64,000 nucleotides of DNA from the NCBI GenBank assembly GCA_963674865.2, contig CAXXYE010000009.1:1376001-1440000 (forward strand). Direction: 5' to 3'. A program made the position numbers and the translations under genes. The notes below the pieces were generated by a model. The model was not told the DNA's origin. It made no database searches and saw only the letters and a list, made by a program, of their open reading frames with translations. Shown here in pieces: positions 1 through 10,781 of the stretch; the stretch's first letter is position 1; every line of letters begins with the position of its first letter. This DNA is from Candidatus Hydrogenedentota bacterium. Lineage in GTDB: Bacteria > Hydrogenedentota > Hydrogenedentia > Hydrogenedentales > SLHB01.

Positions 1-929
1 AGCAAGTACCCCAGGGAAAACGTGACTCCATATATCAGCAGCAATCGGCCTGTTGCGGCCAAGGCGGCGTTCAGAGACGCTCCCTCACGCCGGGTGAACA
101 CCGTGTAAGCCGTCGGGATGGCCGGCAAGAGCGCGGCGGCGGCTATCATTGTCCATGGCTGCACGTCGAAACACAGCCACGAAGCGAGCGGGACGCCCCC
201 CGACGCCGCCACGAGTGCGCCCACATACTCAGCCCTCGCAAACGTGCGCCCGAAGCGTACAGCAAGCGTCTTCTTCCCGGCGCGGCGATCCGTGTCTATA
301 TCGCGCAGGTTGTTGACAGTGAGAATGGCCACCGAGAATAGTCCTGGGGCAAGCCCCGCCACAAGCACGCGCCAATCGATGTGCAAGGCCTGCACATAAT
401 AGGTGCCGCCCACCGCCACCGGCCCGAAAAAGACGAGCACGACCACGTCGGCCAGTCCGGTGTAGCCGAACGGCACAGGGCCGAACGTGTATAGCAGCCC
501 ACATGAGATCGACAGCAATCCGACCAGAACGAAAGGCCACCCGCCGCGATAGACAATGTACAATCCCGGGAGCAACGCCATCGCGAATGCTATGCCCGTG
601 GCTCGCTTCATGGCTGCGGGCGTAACGAGTCCCGCTCCCGTGGCGCGCACAGGGCCGAGGCGTTCGTCCGTGTCGGCCCCGCGGATGTAGTCGCCATAGT
701 CATTGGCGTAGTTCGTCGCGACTTGAATCAGCAGCGCCCCGAGCAGGCAGCAAAACGCCGCCGGCGCGTGGAAGCCGCTGTCCCCGACGGCCATCGCCGT
801 GCCGATGAGCACGGGCGTACCGGCCGCGGGAAGCGTCTTCGGCCGGGCCGCGAGCCACCACACACCCGGCCCCACGCTCCGCGCGGATGCGCGGGAATCG
901 CCAGCGTTCTCTGAAGTCCGTTCGCGCAT
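1..929 (-). CDS. menA: 1,4-dihydroxy-2-naphthoate polyprenyltransferase (3' end runs off the window)
   Basis: Not in the ORF track. Manual translation from ATG 929 gives WWLAARPKTLPAAGTPVLIG...TNYANDYGDYIRGADTDERLGP...NNLRD (UbiA/MenA Asp-rich motifs). Lies downstream of menB. Confidence 0.88.
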   Translation of the reverse strand, partial: MRERTSENAGDSRASARSVGPGVWWLAARPKTLPAAGTPVLIGTAMAVGDSGFHAPAAFCCLLGALLIQVATNYANDYGDYIRGADTDERLGPVRATGAGLVTPAAMKRATGIAFAMALLPGLYIVYRGGWPFVLVGLLSISCGLLYTFGPVPFGYTGLADVVVLVFFGPVAVGGTYYVQALHIDWRVLVAGLAPGLFSVAILTVNNLRDIDTDRRAGKKTLAVRFGRTFARAEYVGALVAASGGVPLASWLCFDVQPWTMIAAAALLPAIPTAYTVFTRREGASLNAALAATGRLLLIYGVTFSLGYL

Positions 930-971
930 GGTGCGAAAGCGCTCCAATCTGTGGCGTTGCGGCAGCAGCTC

Positions 972-1796
972 CTAAGGATATCTTGGATACTTCGAGAAGT
1001 CGGGCGCTCTTTTCTCATTGAAAGCGTTTCGGCCTTCCTGGCCCTCTTCCGTCATGTAGAACAACATGGTGGCGTTGCCCGCAAGCTCCTGCAGGCCGGC
1101 TTGGCCATCGCAATCGGCGTTCATGGCCGCTTTCAGGCAGCGGATGGCCGTCGGCGAGTTCGCGAGAATCTCCCGGCACCACTGCACCGTTTCCTCTTCC
1201 AGCCGCTCCAGGGGGACGACCGTGTTGACGAGGCCCATCTCCAAAGCTTGCTGCGCGTCGTACTTCCTGCAGAGGAACCAGATTTCCCGGGCCTTCTTCT
1301 GCCCCACGATTCGGGCCATATAGGCCGCGCCGTAGCCCCCGTCAAACGAGCCGACGCGGGGGCCGGTTTGGCCGAAGACGGCGTTGTCCGCGGCGATGGT
1401 GATATCCGCCATGAGATGCAGCACGTGGCCTCCGCCGATGGCATAGCCCGCCACCATGGCAATGATGGGCTTCGGGCATGTTCGCATTTGCCGCTGGAAA
1501 TCCAACACGTTCAGGCGCGGCGTGTCCGTTCGCGGATCCACGTAGCCGGCGTCGCCGCGAATTTTCTGGTCGCCGCCCGCGCAGAACGCCTCCGGCCCTT
1601 CCCCCGTCAGAATGATCACGCTGACGGCGGGATCAAAACGGGCATCCGCGAGGGCATGGGCCATTTCATCAACCGTTTGCGGGCGGAAAGCGTTGCGCAC
1701 TTCCGGCCGGTTGATGGTTATCTTCGCGATCCCGTCCCCCTTGTGGTATCGGATATCCTTGTATTCCCCGGCGGGCGTCCATTCGATCTGTGCCAT
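972..1796 (-). CDS. menB: 1,4-dihydroxy-2-naphthoyl-CoA synthase
   Basis: [42 protein letters not shown] motifs. Start trimmed to ATG 1796 (MAQIEW). Confidence 0.97.
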   Translation of the reverse strand: MAQIEWTPAGEYKDIRYHKGDGIAKITINRPEVRNAFRPQTVDEMAHALADARFDPAVSVIILTGEGPEAFCAGGDQKIRGDAGYVDPRTDTPRLNVLDFQRQMRTCPKPIIAMVAGYAIGGGHVLHLMADITIAADNAVFGQTGPRVGSFDGGYGAAYMARIVGQKKAREIWFLCRKYDAQQALEMGLVNTVVPLERLEEETVQWCREILANSPTAIRCLKAAMNADCDGQAGLQELAGNATMLFYMTEEGQEGRNAFNEKRAPDFSKYPRYP

Positions 1797-1921
1797 GGCC
1801 GCGTCCTCACTCTTGTCCTCGGTAACGGGCGGGCCGCTGAGTGCGGCCCCTCGGCAGAGTATCACGCGACGCCGGTTGGATTCACCGGGCCTCAGAGCTT
1901 CTGAAAGAAGGCTTCTCAGTA

Positions 1922-1996
1922 TTGTGGCGCAAGCATCTTGCCGGTAGAATGCCGCTACTCACCAATGTTTGTGCAGGCTGGAAGCCCGCGCCACAA
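1922..1996. repeat. REP-like inverted repeat doublet
   Basis: TTGTGGCGCAAGCATCTTGCC...GCAGGCTGGAAGCCCGCGCCACAA. The same motif recurs at 23936-23957 and 24021-24042. Confidence 0.7.
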
Positions 1997-2012
1997 GATT
2001 CTCCTCACTTGT

Positions 2013-4037
2013 TCACAAGCTCTCGGTGTTCATGCGGAAGTCGATGTGCTGCGGAGGCGGGAAGGCCTCACGCACACGCTCGCGAATGGCATCGGTGACG
2101 GGTGAGCCTTCCGCTGCGGCCAAGCGCTTCTCATGCAGGAGAAACCAGAGGTCCGTGAGCGCCACCTCCCCCTCCCGAACATCAGGTATCTCGATAGGCC
2201 CGCTGAGGAAGGACTCGACCTCCTCGAAATGGCCCAGTTCGAGGTCGGCCCGGGCCTTGAGGAACCTCAATCGGCCGTTGCTGCGGATCTCGGCTGAAGC
2301 CTCTTGCCAGAGATCGATCACCTCCTGGGCACAACCCTCGGCAAGCAGCGCCAGGAAGCACTCCCTTGTCAGCGCGCTCTGCTCCGGCGCGTATTGCCGG
2401 GCCTGGCGATATCTCTCCGCCGAAAGGGCTGTATCGCCCTGTTCCCGTGCCAATACTGCCAGGTTTCGCAGCGCCCATGGGGACGGCTCCAAACGCAGCG
2501 ACTGCTCCCATGCCTGTTCGGCGCCCTCGGCGTCGCCCGTGTGATAGCGCATGACGCCAAGATGGAGCCACGCCAGCCAGTGGTTGCCGCGTCCCGCGCC
2601 GACTGCGTGTTCGAGGAGCTCTTGCCACTCCCTTTGCACCATGCACGCCCCAGGATGTTCTGCCGGACTGGCGGAGGGCAGTGCCCCTTCATCGAGTAGC
2701 CTCAGCCACGGCTCCTGCTCGCCGCCTATGGAGGTGTCCTCGAATGGCAAGCCGGGGGCCTCGAACCCTCCCTCGCCGCAACGCTCGCGGCGTAAACGCT
2801 CCAAGGCGCCCCAGCCGCTCCCGTGCTGGAGAATCATCTCAGGATCGCGATCCAGGTGTGCTTCGCCTAGCTCGGAAGCTGCTTCGAGGGCATGGGCCGG
2901 AAGTTCTTGCTCCAGATGCGCCCGCACGTGCTCGTGCGCCGCGGGCCAGTCTGTCCCGTGTACGATCTCCGGCGACGCCTGAATGAAGCCATATGCCTCC
3001 GTCCATGTCCATGCCGTCCGGGGCGGCATCGGCACGCATTCGTATTGAGTTCGTGCGAGTCCCGCTTGAATTTCGATATAGGGATGGCCGGGAACCGAGA
3101 GAAACTCCTGCCAACGGCGGCCGCCCGATCCCATGCCCCAGACGAACAATTTGCGCCCGCACTGACGGCTTGTAGATGTCTGTATCAGCCCACGCCCCTC
3201 GGCGTCCAAGGCCGCGATCCAAGGGCGGCGGCCCGGTGGGATATCGTAGAAGAAGTCGGTTGAGTGGCCGATGTTGGTTGGATACGTAACGTCGGGCGCG
3301 CTGGGCACGGGAATGGGCACGCGCTGCATCTGCCCGCTGTAGCCGAAGCTGTAGGCCGCGTCCGCGGGGACGAGCACCCGGCTTTCCGGCGACTCTGGTA
3401 CGGCGATGTTCGACCACCAGTACATCGGTATCTCCCCATCGTGGGCGTTGATGACGCGAACCTGCACGAATAACCATGGCGAGTCTTCGGGCAGGTGGCA
3501 ATCCACTTGGAAGGGCACCCCGCGGATTCGCTCCCATTCGTACAGCCTGAGCATCGGATATCCGGCATCCGACTTGAGCATCGCGGCGAACAGGGGCGAA
3601 CACGTGAAAGGCGAATGCCCCTGCACGGCGGCGTTCCATTCGACACCGCCGCTGAACCACGCGTTGCGCACCGCCAGGTTTCCCGGTTGAAACACCGGAT
3701 TGCGATAGAGCAACTCGCGATCCGATGTCTTGTGGATGAGCGACCACAGCCGGCCGCCGTAGTCCAGAAGGAAGGTGGCACGAAGATGCTCATTCTCCAG
3801 TACTGCCACTCGAAGTGCCCGCTTCTCCCGCTTGCGATCATAATCGTCCTGAAGGCCATAGGGGAGGATGCCGTTGCCGCAGCCGTAGCCTAGGTATCGC
3901 CGTGCCTCCTCGGACACACTTTCGTGGATCTGAATGCCTCCCGAAACCGCCTTCAAGCGCTGTAGCGGCGGCAGCGTGTTAGGCGGCCCCAGGGCGGCCG
4001 CCGGCATAAGGAGGGACTCGACGCGCAATTCTGTCAT
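2013..4037 (-). CDS. DUF5107-domain protein with C-terminal TPR-like region
   Basis: LENEHLRATFLLDYGGRLWS, NAWFSGGVEWN, YWWSN, GRKLFVWG, YIEIQAG motifs; TPR-like helices at the C-terminus. Confidence 0.7.
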   Translation of the reverse strand: MTELRVESLLMPAAALGPPNTLPPLQRLKAVSGGIQIHESVSEEARRYLGYGCGNGILPYGLQDDYDRKREKRALRVAVLENEHLRATFLLDYGGRLWSLIHKTSDRELLYRNPVFQPGNLAVRNAWFSGGVEWNAAVQGHSPFTCSPLFAAMLKSDAGYPMLRLYEWERIRGVPFQVDCHLPEDSPWLFVQVRVINAHDGEIPMYWWSNIAVPESPESRVLVPADAAYSFGYSGQMQRVPIPVPSAPDVTYPTNIGHSTDFFYDIPPGRRPWIAALDAEGRGLIQTSTSRQCGRKLFVWGMGSGGRRWQEFLSVPGHPYIEIQAGLARTQYECVPMPPRTAWTWTEAYGFIQASPEIVHGTDWPAAHEHVRAHLEQELPAHALEAASELGEAHLDRDPEMILQHGSGWGALERLRRERCGEGGFEAPGLPFEDTSIGGEQEPWLRLLDEGALPSASPAEHPGACMVQREWQELLEHAVGAGRGNHWLAWLHLGVMRYHTGDAEGAEQAWEQSLRLEPSPWALRNLAVLAREQGDTALSAERYRQARQYAPEQSALTRECFLALLAEGCAQEVIDLWQEASAEIRSNGRLRFLKARADLELGHFEEVESFLSGPIEIPDVREGEVALTDLWFLLHEKRLAAAEGSPVTDAIRERVREAFPPPQHIDFRMNTESL

Positions 4038-4109
4038 CTCGTTGCCCTTCATCACACACGGTATGCGTGGTTTCTTGCGTCTGTTAGGGATGAAGTGAGC
4101 TCTTCTCCG

Positions 4110-5873
4110 TCAAGCCAACGCGGCATCCACCGCATCGGACAGCGCCTTGTGGACGCGCGCATTCTCCTCGCGGTTGGTTCTCACCTCAATGAGCGTCGGG
4201 CCGGTTGCCGTCGAATATGCTGCGGTAAGGTCTTCCACGAAGGCTGGCTGGGAGTAGGACAGATGGAACATATCCGCGGCCTTCTCAAAGGCAAGTCCGT
4301 GGGGGGTGGCGAAGAACTCCTCGAAATAGGCATCGAATTTGGCGATGGGGAGGAAGTGGAAGATGCCTCCGCCGTTGTTGTTGAGCACCACGAGCGTGAC
4401 GGGCGCGCGAGTCCTTCCCAATAGCGCGAGTGAATTGAGGTCGTGCAGAAGAGCCAAGTCTCCGATGAGCGCCGTGACGGGCTGGCCCAACGCGTCGGCA
4501 TATCCCGCGGCGGCGGCCAGGTTTCCCTCGATGCCGCTGGCCCCGCGATTAGCGAAGACGCGCACGCCTGCGTGGGTTGGGCCGCCGAATCGATCCACAT
4601 CGCGAATGGGCATGCTGTTTCCGATAAACAAGGTCGAGCCCTCGGGGGCATGATGAGCAACAAACCGTGCAACGCCCGGTTCGGTAAGCACGCCGCACGC
4701 CCCAAGGTATCTACCGATGGCTCCCTCAGCCTTCATCGAGGCCGTATGCAGTGTTTTCACCCATGCGGCGTCAACCTGGGGCCGCCCCGCCTCGGAAAGC
4801 CACGCGCAAAAAGAAGGGATGTCCGCCTCGACTCGATGGGATACCTGGTGGAAGGGATCATGACGAAAGGGATGCTCGGCGACATGGACGTAAGTTGCCG
4901 GTTGGACGGATTTCAGATGACGCAGTAGCGCCTCGCATACGACAGGGCCGCCTAGCTGAAGGACGGCGTCGGGCTTGAGGAACTCCAGGAATCGGGCCGA
5001 AGACATCAGCGCTCCGTAGTTCGTGATGATATGTGTCGAGTCCACCCGTCTCCGCAGGCCCGACGTGGCGTCAGCAAATACCGGCCATTGCAGCGCCTGT
5101 GCCAAGGCCAGCGCCGCCTCTTGCGCGGCGGGCTCTCGCAGTTCGCCGATGATCAGCAGCCCCTTCCGCGCGGTGTTAACCACGTCAAGGAGATGCCTCA
5201 ATTCCGCGGCCGCAGGTTCTTGCCTCGGAGCCGTGTACTCTGTGTAGGGCCGGCCGGACGTCTCCCAGGAGGCCAAGTGCCGGAGATATTCCTTGGGAGG
5301 CGGCCCCGCCTCTGTGGGCGCCAGGGGCTCACGGAACATGCAGTCTAGGTGAACCGGGCCTGCCGGAGCGCGTCGGGAGCGATGGACGGCTTGAGCAGTG
5401 GCTGTGAGGACGACCTCGGGGGCGATGTCCGCCGTGGGACATGGCAATGTCGCCCGCCAACGCGCGAAACGCTCGAAGACGCCTGTCTGTTCAATTGTCT
5501 GATTCGCGCCCGTGTCGAGCAGTTCCGGCGGCCTGTCAGCGCTCAACACGATCAGCGGCACGCGCGCTTTCGACGCCTCGGCCACGGCGGGCAGGTAGTT
5601 AGCGACGGCAGTGCCCGATGTACAGATGAGGGCGGCCGGGAGCCCGGTGGCGGCGCCGTGGGCCAACGCATAGTAGGCAAGGCCCCGCTCGTCAAAATGA
5701 ACGCGGCTTCTCGCGCGTTCGTTCTCCGCGACGGCCAACGTTAACGGCGTGCTTCGCGAACCGGGCGAGACGCAGAAAGTCTCAACGCCGTTTCGCGCTA
5801 ATTCCTCCACCAACAGCGCCGCCCAGAGGCCGTTGAGGTGTGATTCGCTGCCCATAGGCATCAGTCCGCTCAT
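4110..5873 (-). CDS. menD: SEPHCHC synthase
   Basis: SPGSRSTPL, FDERG, CTSGTAVAN, ADRPPEL, ANRGASGIEG, GDLALLHDLNSL, NNNGGGIF motifs. Confidence 0.96.
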   Translation of the reverse strand: MSGLMPMGSESHLNGLWAALLVEELARNGVETFCVSPGSRSTPLTLAVAENERARSRVHFDERGLAYYALAHGAATGLPAALICTSGTAVANYLPAVAEASKARVPLIVLSADRPPELLDTGANQTIEQTGVFERFARWRATLPCPTADIAPEVVLTATAQAVHRSRRAPAGPVHLDCMFREPLAPTEAGPPPKEYLRHLASWETSGRPYTEYTAPRQEPAAAELRHLLDVVNTARKGLLIIGELREPAAQEAALALAQALQWPVFADATSGLRRRVDSTHIITNYGALMSSARFLEFLKPDAVLQLGGPVVCEALLRHLKSVQPATYVHVAEHPFRHDPFHQVSHRVEADIPSFCAWLSEAGRPQVDAAWVKTLHTASMKAEGAIGRYLGACGVLTEPGVARFVAHHAPEGSTLFIGNSMPIRDVDRFGGPTHAGVRVFANRGASGIEGNLAAAAGYADALGQPVTALIGDLALLHDLNSLALLGRTRAPVTLVVLNNNGGGIFHFLPIAKFDAYFEEFFATPHGLAFEKAADMFHLSYSQPAFVEDLTAAYSTATGPTLIEVRTNREENARVHKALSDAVDAALA

Positions 5874-7261
5874 TCGTTCCAGATGCCGACAAAGAGGCCC
5901 AACTTGCTCTCAAGCTCTTCCCACTCGGCCTGAGGGATGGAGCCGTCGATGATGCCCGCGCCGGTGTAGAGCGTGAGTGTGTTTTCCCGCACCAGGCCGG
6001 AGCGGATCGCCACGGCGAACTCCGCCGCGTCATAGCCGGCCCAGCCCACCGGGCCTGCGTACCACCCGCGCTTGAACGGTTCAAGCCGTGCCACGTTCTC
6101 GAGGGCCCGCGCGGCCGGATATCCGCCAACGGACGGCGTGGGATGCATGGCCTCAAGGATCACCGCATCCGCATCGGTTGAAGCCAGAAGGCCCTCGATG
6201 GAGCAAAGAAGGTGCCTGCAATGTTTGAGCCTGAGGTCCGATAGCTCCGGCGCGATATGCACCGTCCGGCAGAGGCGATGCAGCACATCGCGAATCGCGG
6301 CGGCGACGATGTGATGCTCGCTGCGATCCTTCTCGCTTGCCAGTAGTTCTTCCCACAAGGCCGTGTCCTCGGCGGGCGAATTGCCCCGGGGGCGCGTTCC
6401 CGCGACAGCCTCTGTTTGGATGTAGCGGCTCCGGCGTTTGTAGAGGCGCTCAGGCGACGCGCCCAAGAAGGCGGCGAAGCGCCGCGGCTGGAAGTAGAAT
6501 CGGTAGCCGTTGTCCCCCCGGTGCGCCAGTGTCGCGAGCAGGGACAACGGCGCGATCTTGCGTGCGAATGAGAGGTCCGTCTCCCTGGCTAACACGATCT
6601 TCGTGAATGCGTTCCCCCTGATGAGTCCGAGTGCGCGCTCCACCATCTCGCACCAATGTGAGCGATCTGGCCGATCTTCCCTCGAAACGGGTGCCTCAAG
6701 CATATCGACCTTGCGTGTTTTCGGGAAACGGATGTCATACAGTGTCACCAGCGCATTGTCTACCTCGCGCCGGTGCGGCTCGCCCTCGCGAAATACCAGG
6801 TTGCACGCGAGATATGACTGGCCACTACGATTGAGAATCTCGATCCGTGGCAATACGAAACGGCACGAGCCAAAGGGCTCCCACGCCGCGGTGATCTCGT
6901 CACTTGGAGAGAAGCTGAAGCCGCCGTAATACCGCAGACCCGGCTCCCCGGGGTCGAGTCGCTCCCGGATCTTTTCCAGAGGCCGGTGGAAGTCGCGCGG
7001 GCCGTCCTCCGCCACAACGTCTGCTGCACCGAGGCCCGCTACTTCCAGCTCCCCATCACGGCCCGCCCAGTACACGATGGCGTCCGCCTCCTGCGCTCCA
7101 AGCCAGTGCAAGACGTCCACGTCGGCGATGGGCAACGTTACGCGTACTGTCTGATGGCACCGCGCGGGACGGCCGCGACTTGCCTCGAAGGCCTGTTCGA
7201 TCAGTTCAGCCATGAGCCGTTTGGCGGAATTCAGCGCGCCGTGTTCGATGGGGCCACCCAT
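5870..7261 (-). CDS. menF: Isochorismate synthase
   Basis: KIVLAR, GASPERL, AVAGT, HPTPSVGG, RGWYAGPVGW, AVAIRS motifs; ATGA overlap with menD. Confidence 0.92.
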   Translation of the reverse strand: MGGPIEHGALNSAKRLMAELIEQAFEASRGRPARCHQTVRVTLPIADVDVLHWLGAQEADAIVYWAGRDGELEVAGLGAADVVAEDGPRDFHRPLEKIRERLDPGEPGLRYYGGFSFSPSDEITAAWEPFGSCRFVLPRIEILNRSGQSYLACNLVFREGEPHRREVDNALVTLYDIRFPKTRKVDMLEAPVSREDRPDRSHWCEMVERALGLIRGNAFTKIVLARETDLSFARKIAPLSLLATLAHRGDNGYRFYFQPRRFAAFLGASPERLYKRRSRYIQTEAVAGTRPRGNSPAEDTALWEELLASEKDRSEHHIVAAAIRDVLHRLCRTVHIAPELSDLRLKHCRHLLCSIEGLLASTDADAVILEAMHPTPSVGGYPAARALENVARLEPFKRGWYAGPVGWAGYDAAEFAVAIRSGLVRENTLTLYTGAGIIDGSIPQAEWEELESKLGLFVGIWNE

Positions 7262-7264
7262 GGG

Positions 7265-7996
7265 CTACCGTTCTCCCTGATAGAGTGTTGCGATGCCGCA
7301 CGTTAGGGGGTGTGCGGTCGCGCGGCGGAACCCGTTGGCCCGCAGCAGATCGCAAAACGCCTTGCCGTGTGGGAAGGCTTCAATGGATGTGTTGAGGTAG
7401 CGGTAGGCGCGCGTATCGCCCGTGAGAAAGCCGCCGATCAAGGGTAGGATGTGCCGGAGGTAGAACAGGTAGAGGATTCGGATGGAGCGGCTGTCAGGCA
7501 TCGAGAACTCCAAAACCAGCAAGCGGCCATCGGGGTTGAGAAGCCGCACCGTTTCACGGAGTACGGCGGCTACGTCAGGCATATTGCGCAAACCGAAAGC
7601 GATGATCACGGTTGAAAACCACCCCGCTCTGAGGCCCGTCTGTGCGGCGTCGCCGCGAACGAGGGCGATCTCGAGGCCCGGCTTCTTCTTCTTGAGTTTC
7701 TCACGGCCGACGGCAAGCATCCTTTCGGAGAGATCAAGTCCAACGACGCCCGAAACGCCTTCGGGGCGCCGGGCCAGTTCGAGCGGCACATCCGCGGTGC
7801 CCGTTGCCAGATCCGCCACCCATTGCCCCGGCTGCTCCGGCATGTGACGCACGAGCTGTCTGCGCCACGCAACATCACGCCGCAACGATAAGAGGCGATT
7901 GGCAATGTCATAACGACCCGCTATCCGATCAAACATCGCCGGGACGGCATCCCGTGAGTTGTCGCAACGAGCCGTGCATCCGGCGTTTTTCTCCAC
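7265..7996 (-). CDS. menG: Demethylmenaquinone methyltransferase (UbiE/MenG)
   Basis: MFDRIAGRYD, DLATGTAD, AFGLRN, LEFS, AYRYL motifs. GTG start at 7996 is inferred. Confidence 0.88.
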   Translation of the reverse strand: MEKNAGCTARCDNSRDAVPAMFDRIAGRYDIANRLLSLRRDVAWRRQLVRHMPEQPGQWVADLATGTADVPLELARRPEGVSGVVGLDLSERMLAVGREKLKKKKPGLEIALVRGDAAQTGLRAGWFSTVIIAFGLRNMPDVAAVLRETVRLLNPDGRLLVLEFSMPDSRSIRILYLFYLRHILPLIGGFLTGDTRAYRYLNTSIEAFPHGKAFCDLLRANGFRRATAHPLTCGIATLYQGER

Positions 7997-8070
7997 GGCC
8001 CTTATCCTATCCCGTTGATTTCGAGTGAGGCAAGCCAAACACCACCTATGTAGCATCCCCAACGGACGAA

Positions 8071-9192
8071 TCAGCGCCGGCCGGGAGCAAGTGTCGTTCG
8101 AACCGCGTCGAGCACTTCCCGCGCCTCGATGCGTTGCAGACACTCCGGCTCACCGTACAGAGGACATATGTCCTCTTGGCACGGACTACATTCGATATCT
8201 TCGCGAAGCACCGTGTGTCCCTCACCGTAGGGATACCAGATGGTTGGGAAAAAGCGGCCGCCGAAGACGGCCACCACCGGAGTTCCCATGGCGTAGGCGA
8301 CATGCATCATGCCTGTATCATTGCTGACGAATACACGGCACTGCTGCGCTACGGCCGCGGCTTCGAGTATGGAGGTCTTGCCTGCGAGATCGATGCAGCC
8401 CCCACCTATCTGCCGCGCCACGGCGGAAGTCAATTCCGCCTCGCCCGCGGCGCCCGTCAGCGCGATGCAGGCGTTCTCCATCTCAATGAGTCTTCGGCCC
8501 ACTTCGGCGAATCGCTCCACGGGCCACCGATTCGCCGGGCGCTTTGCACCACAATGCATGCCCACCAGGAGGCGTTCCCCTGCGTCCCCAAGGAGTGTCT
8601 TTGCTCGGGCTTTATCCTCCTCCGCGGCCCTCAGCCATGGAAACGGCTCGACATCCGAAGCTTCAAGAGGAGCAAGTAGGTTCGCCAGTCGCTCTACTTG
8701 TCGGATCGTGTAGTCGGTGGGCGTCACCAGTTGGCATCCTGCCACACGCCTTACGCCGGAGGTCCCGAGCAAAGCCAGGTACTTCGCCAGGCTCGAGAAG
8801 GCTGCAAGGTGATTGGGCAACAGCACCGCCAAGTCGATGTCCAGCGCCCGAATGCGCGCGCGGAGGCCGCGGAGGAATCCGGGGCGACTCGATTCATCTG
8901 CGTAGTAGACGATTTGCTCGTTGAAGGTTGGATCGCCCGCGAGCAGTTCTCGGGCGCCCGGCGCGCCGCGCTCCGTAGGGGAGGTCAGCAGCGTCATGTG
9001 CGCTGTGGGAAAGCGCTTCCGCAGGGCGTGAAAGGCGGGCAATGCCACCACGATGTCCCCGATATTGCCCAGCCTCACGATCAGGATGCGGGCGGTTTTT
9101 TCCGGCCGACGGCCGCCCGGCGAGGCAGCGACAGCCAAAGCGCCCATCTTCAACAGCGCGTTCGACGCTTTGTTCGTTCGCATCTTCTGCAC
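8071..9192 (-). CDS. Glycosyltransferase family 9 (heptosyltransferase-like)
   Basis: RILIVRLGNIGDIV, DLAGKTS, FVSNDTGMMHVAYAMGTPVVAVFG motifs and a C-terminal CSPC...CP...CL. Confidence 0.88.
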   Translation of the reverse strand: MQKMRTNKASNALLKMGALAVAASPGGRRPEKTARILIVRLGNIGDIVVALPAFHALRKRFPTAHMTLLTSPTERGAPGARELLAGDPTFNEQIVYYADESSRPGFLRGLRARIRALDIDLAVLLPNHLAAFSSLAKYLALLGTSGVRRVAGCQLVTPTDYTIRQVERLANLLAPLEASDVEPFPWLRAAEEDKARAKTLLGDAGERLLVGMHCGAKRPANRWPVERFAEVGRRLIEMENACIALTGAAGEAELTSAVARQIGGGCIDLAGKTSILEAAAVAQQCRVFVSNDTGMMHVAYAMGTPVVAVFGGRFFPTIWYPYGEGHTVLREDIECSPCQEDICPLYGEPECLQRIEAREVLDAVRTTLAPGRR

Positions 9193-9500
9193 TTCTACCG
9201 CCCGAATCTATCGCCTTCTTTTGGGGACGCTTGGCCAGTGTCGTGGCCACATGGTACCCGACACCAGACAACGGGGCAACGTGTGTTCCGTCGCGCCCCG
9301 CTCGCGCGCCGTGCCGCAACTCCCTGGCCGCTTGTGGATTGGCGACGGCGGGCGCGCCATAGAATCAGAGCCCGGCCATTGAAGCCCGGATCACTGGCGC
9401 GGTATGATTCGCCGAATGGCCTCCGAGGCGGGCGCCCTCTCTGATGGATGGCGCGCTGGGGAAACGGCGGCAAGTCACAGACGCACGGATGGTAATAGAA

Positions 9501-10637
9501 ATGAAAGTACCTCTTCTGGACCTCAAGGCCCAACTGGCAACTATCGAGGATGAACTCAAGGCCGCCGTACTCGAGGTGATCGATTCGACCCGCTACATCA
9601 TGGGGCCGAAAGTCGAGGCCCTCGAAGAAGCCGTTGCCGCGTACACGGATTCCCAATTCGCCATAGGCGTTTCCTCGGGCACCGATGCCCTCCTCGCAGC
9701 ACTCATGGTGCTTGACGTGGGCCCCGGCGACATCGTCGTCACCGCACCCTACACCTTCTTCGCCACAGCCGGCGCTATCGCCCGACTTCATGCCATCCCC
9801 GCGTTCGTCGACATCGGCCCTGACACTTACAACATGGATCCCGCCGCTCTTCGGGCCTGGTTTGAGAACGAAACCGAGAAGAGGGATAAGGTGAAAGCCA
9901 TTATCCCGGTACACCTTTACGGCCAGTGCGCGGACATGGAGCCAATTCTTGAGGTCGCCCGCCAGTTCAACGTGCCCGTTATCGAGGATGCCGCCCAGGC
10001 TATCGGCGCGCAGTATCCCTCGAAGGAGGGCTTGAAAAAGGCCGGTAGCATGGGGGCGATGGGCTGCTTCTCTTTCTTCCCCAGCAAGAATCTCGGCGGC
10101 ATTGGCGACGGCGGCATGATCGTTACCGATGCTCCGGACCTCGACGAAAAGCTCCGCTGCGTGCGCGGACAGGGCATCCAACCCAAGTACTACCACCCTG
10201 TTATCGGCGCCAATTTCCGGCTCGACACCATCCAGGCCGCCGCCCTTCTCGTCAAGCTCAAGTACCTCGACACGTGGCATGGTATGCGCCGAGAGAACGC
10301 GGCCTATTATGACGAGAATCTGCATGCCGAGGGCGTCAAGAAGCCGCACATCACCTATCAGCGCGAGCACCATATCTACAATCAGTATGTTGTGGCGGTT
10401 CCCGAGCGGCGCGATGAGCTTCGGGAGCACCTGAACCGGAGTGATATCGGCAACGAAGTCTATTACTTCTTGGCCCTGCACCAACAGGCGTGCTTTGCGT
10501 ATCTGGGCTATCGCAAGGGGGATTTTCCGCACAGCGAGTACGCCGCCGCCCATACCGTCGCCCTACCCATCTATCCAGAGTTGACGACGGAAATGCAGGA
10601 TGCTGTAATAGAGAGCATCGAGGCTTTCTACGCCTGA
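9501..10637 (+). CDS. DegT/DnrJ/EryC1/StrS sugar aminotransferase
   Basis: VPLLDL, SSGTDAL, PVHLYGQ, IEDAAQA, FSFFPSKNLGGIGDGG (PLP-binding Lys). Confidence 0.93.
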   Translation: MKVPLLDLKAQLATIEDELKAAVLEVIDSTRYIMGPKVEALEEAVAAYTDSQFAIGVSSGTDALLAALMVLDVGPGDIVVTAPYTFFATAGAIARLHAIPAFVDIGPDTYNMDPAALRAWFENETEKRDKVKAIIPVHLYGQCADMEPILEVARQFNVPVIEDAAQAIGAQYPSKEGLKKAGSMGAMGCFSFFPSKNLGGIGDGGMIVTDAPDLDEKLRCVRGQGIQPKYYHPVIGANFRLDTIQAAALLVKLKYLDTWHGMRRENAAYYDENLHAEGVKKPHITYQREHHIYNQYVVAVPERRDELREHLNRSDIGNEVYYFLALHQQACFAYLGYRKGDFPHSEYAAAHTVALPIYPELTTEMQDAVIESIEAFYA

Positions 10638-10752
10638 GGAGTGCTGTAGGCAAGAGCCAACGGCACGTGGGATTCTGCTGCGGTTCCGGGCAGTATCGCT
10701 GTCAACGTGAAGAGCCGGCATGCGCTGACGCTCCGAGCGTGGCAGGTGTTGG

Positions 10753-10781
10753 TGTCACCTTCTTTAAGGCTGTAGCGTCTA
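10753..10781 (+). promoter_or_regulatory. Candidate ECF sigma promoter (TGTCACC-N16-CGTCTA)
   Basis: Resembles the ECF41-type TGTCACA-N16-CGTC consensus; about 200 bp upstream of the 1195-aa gene. Confidence 0.35.
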
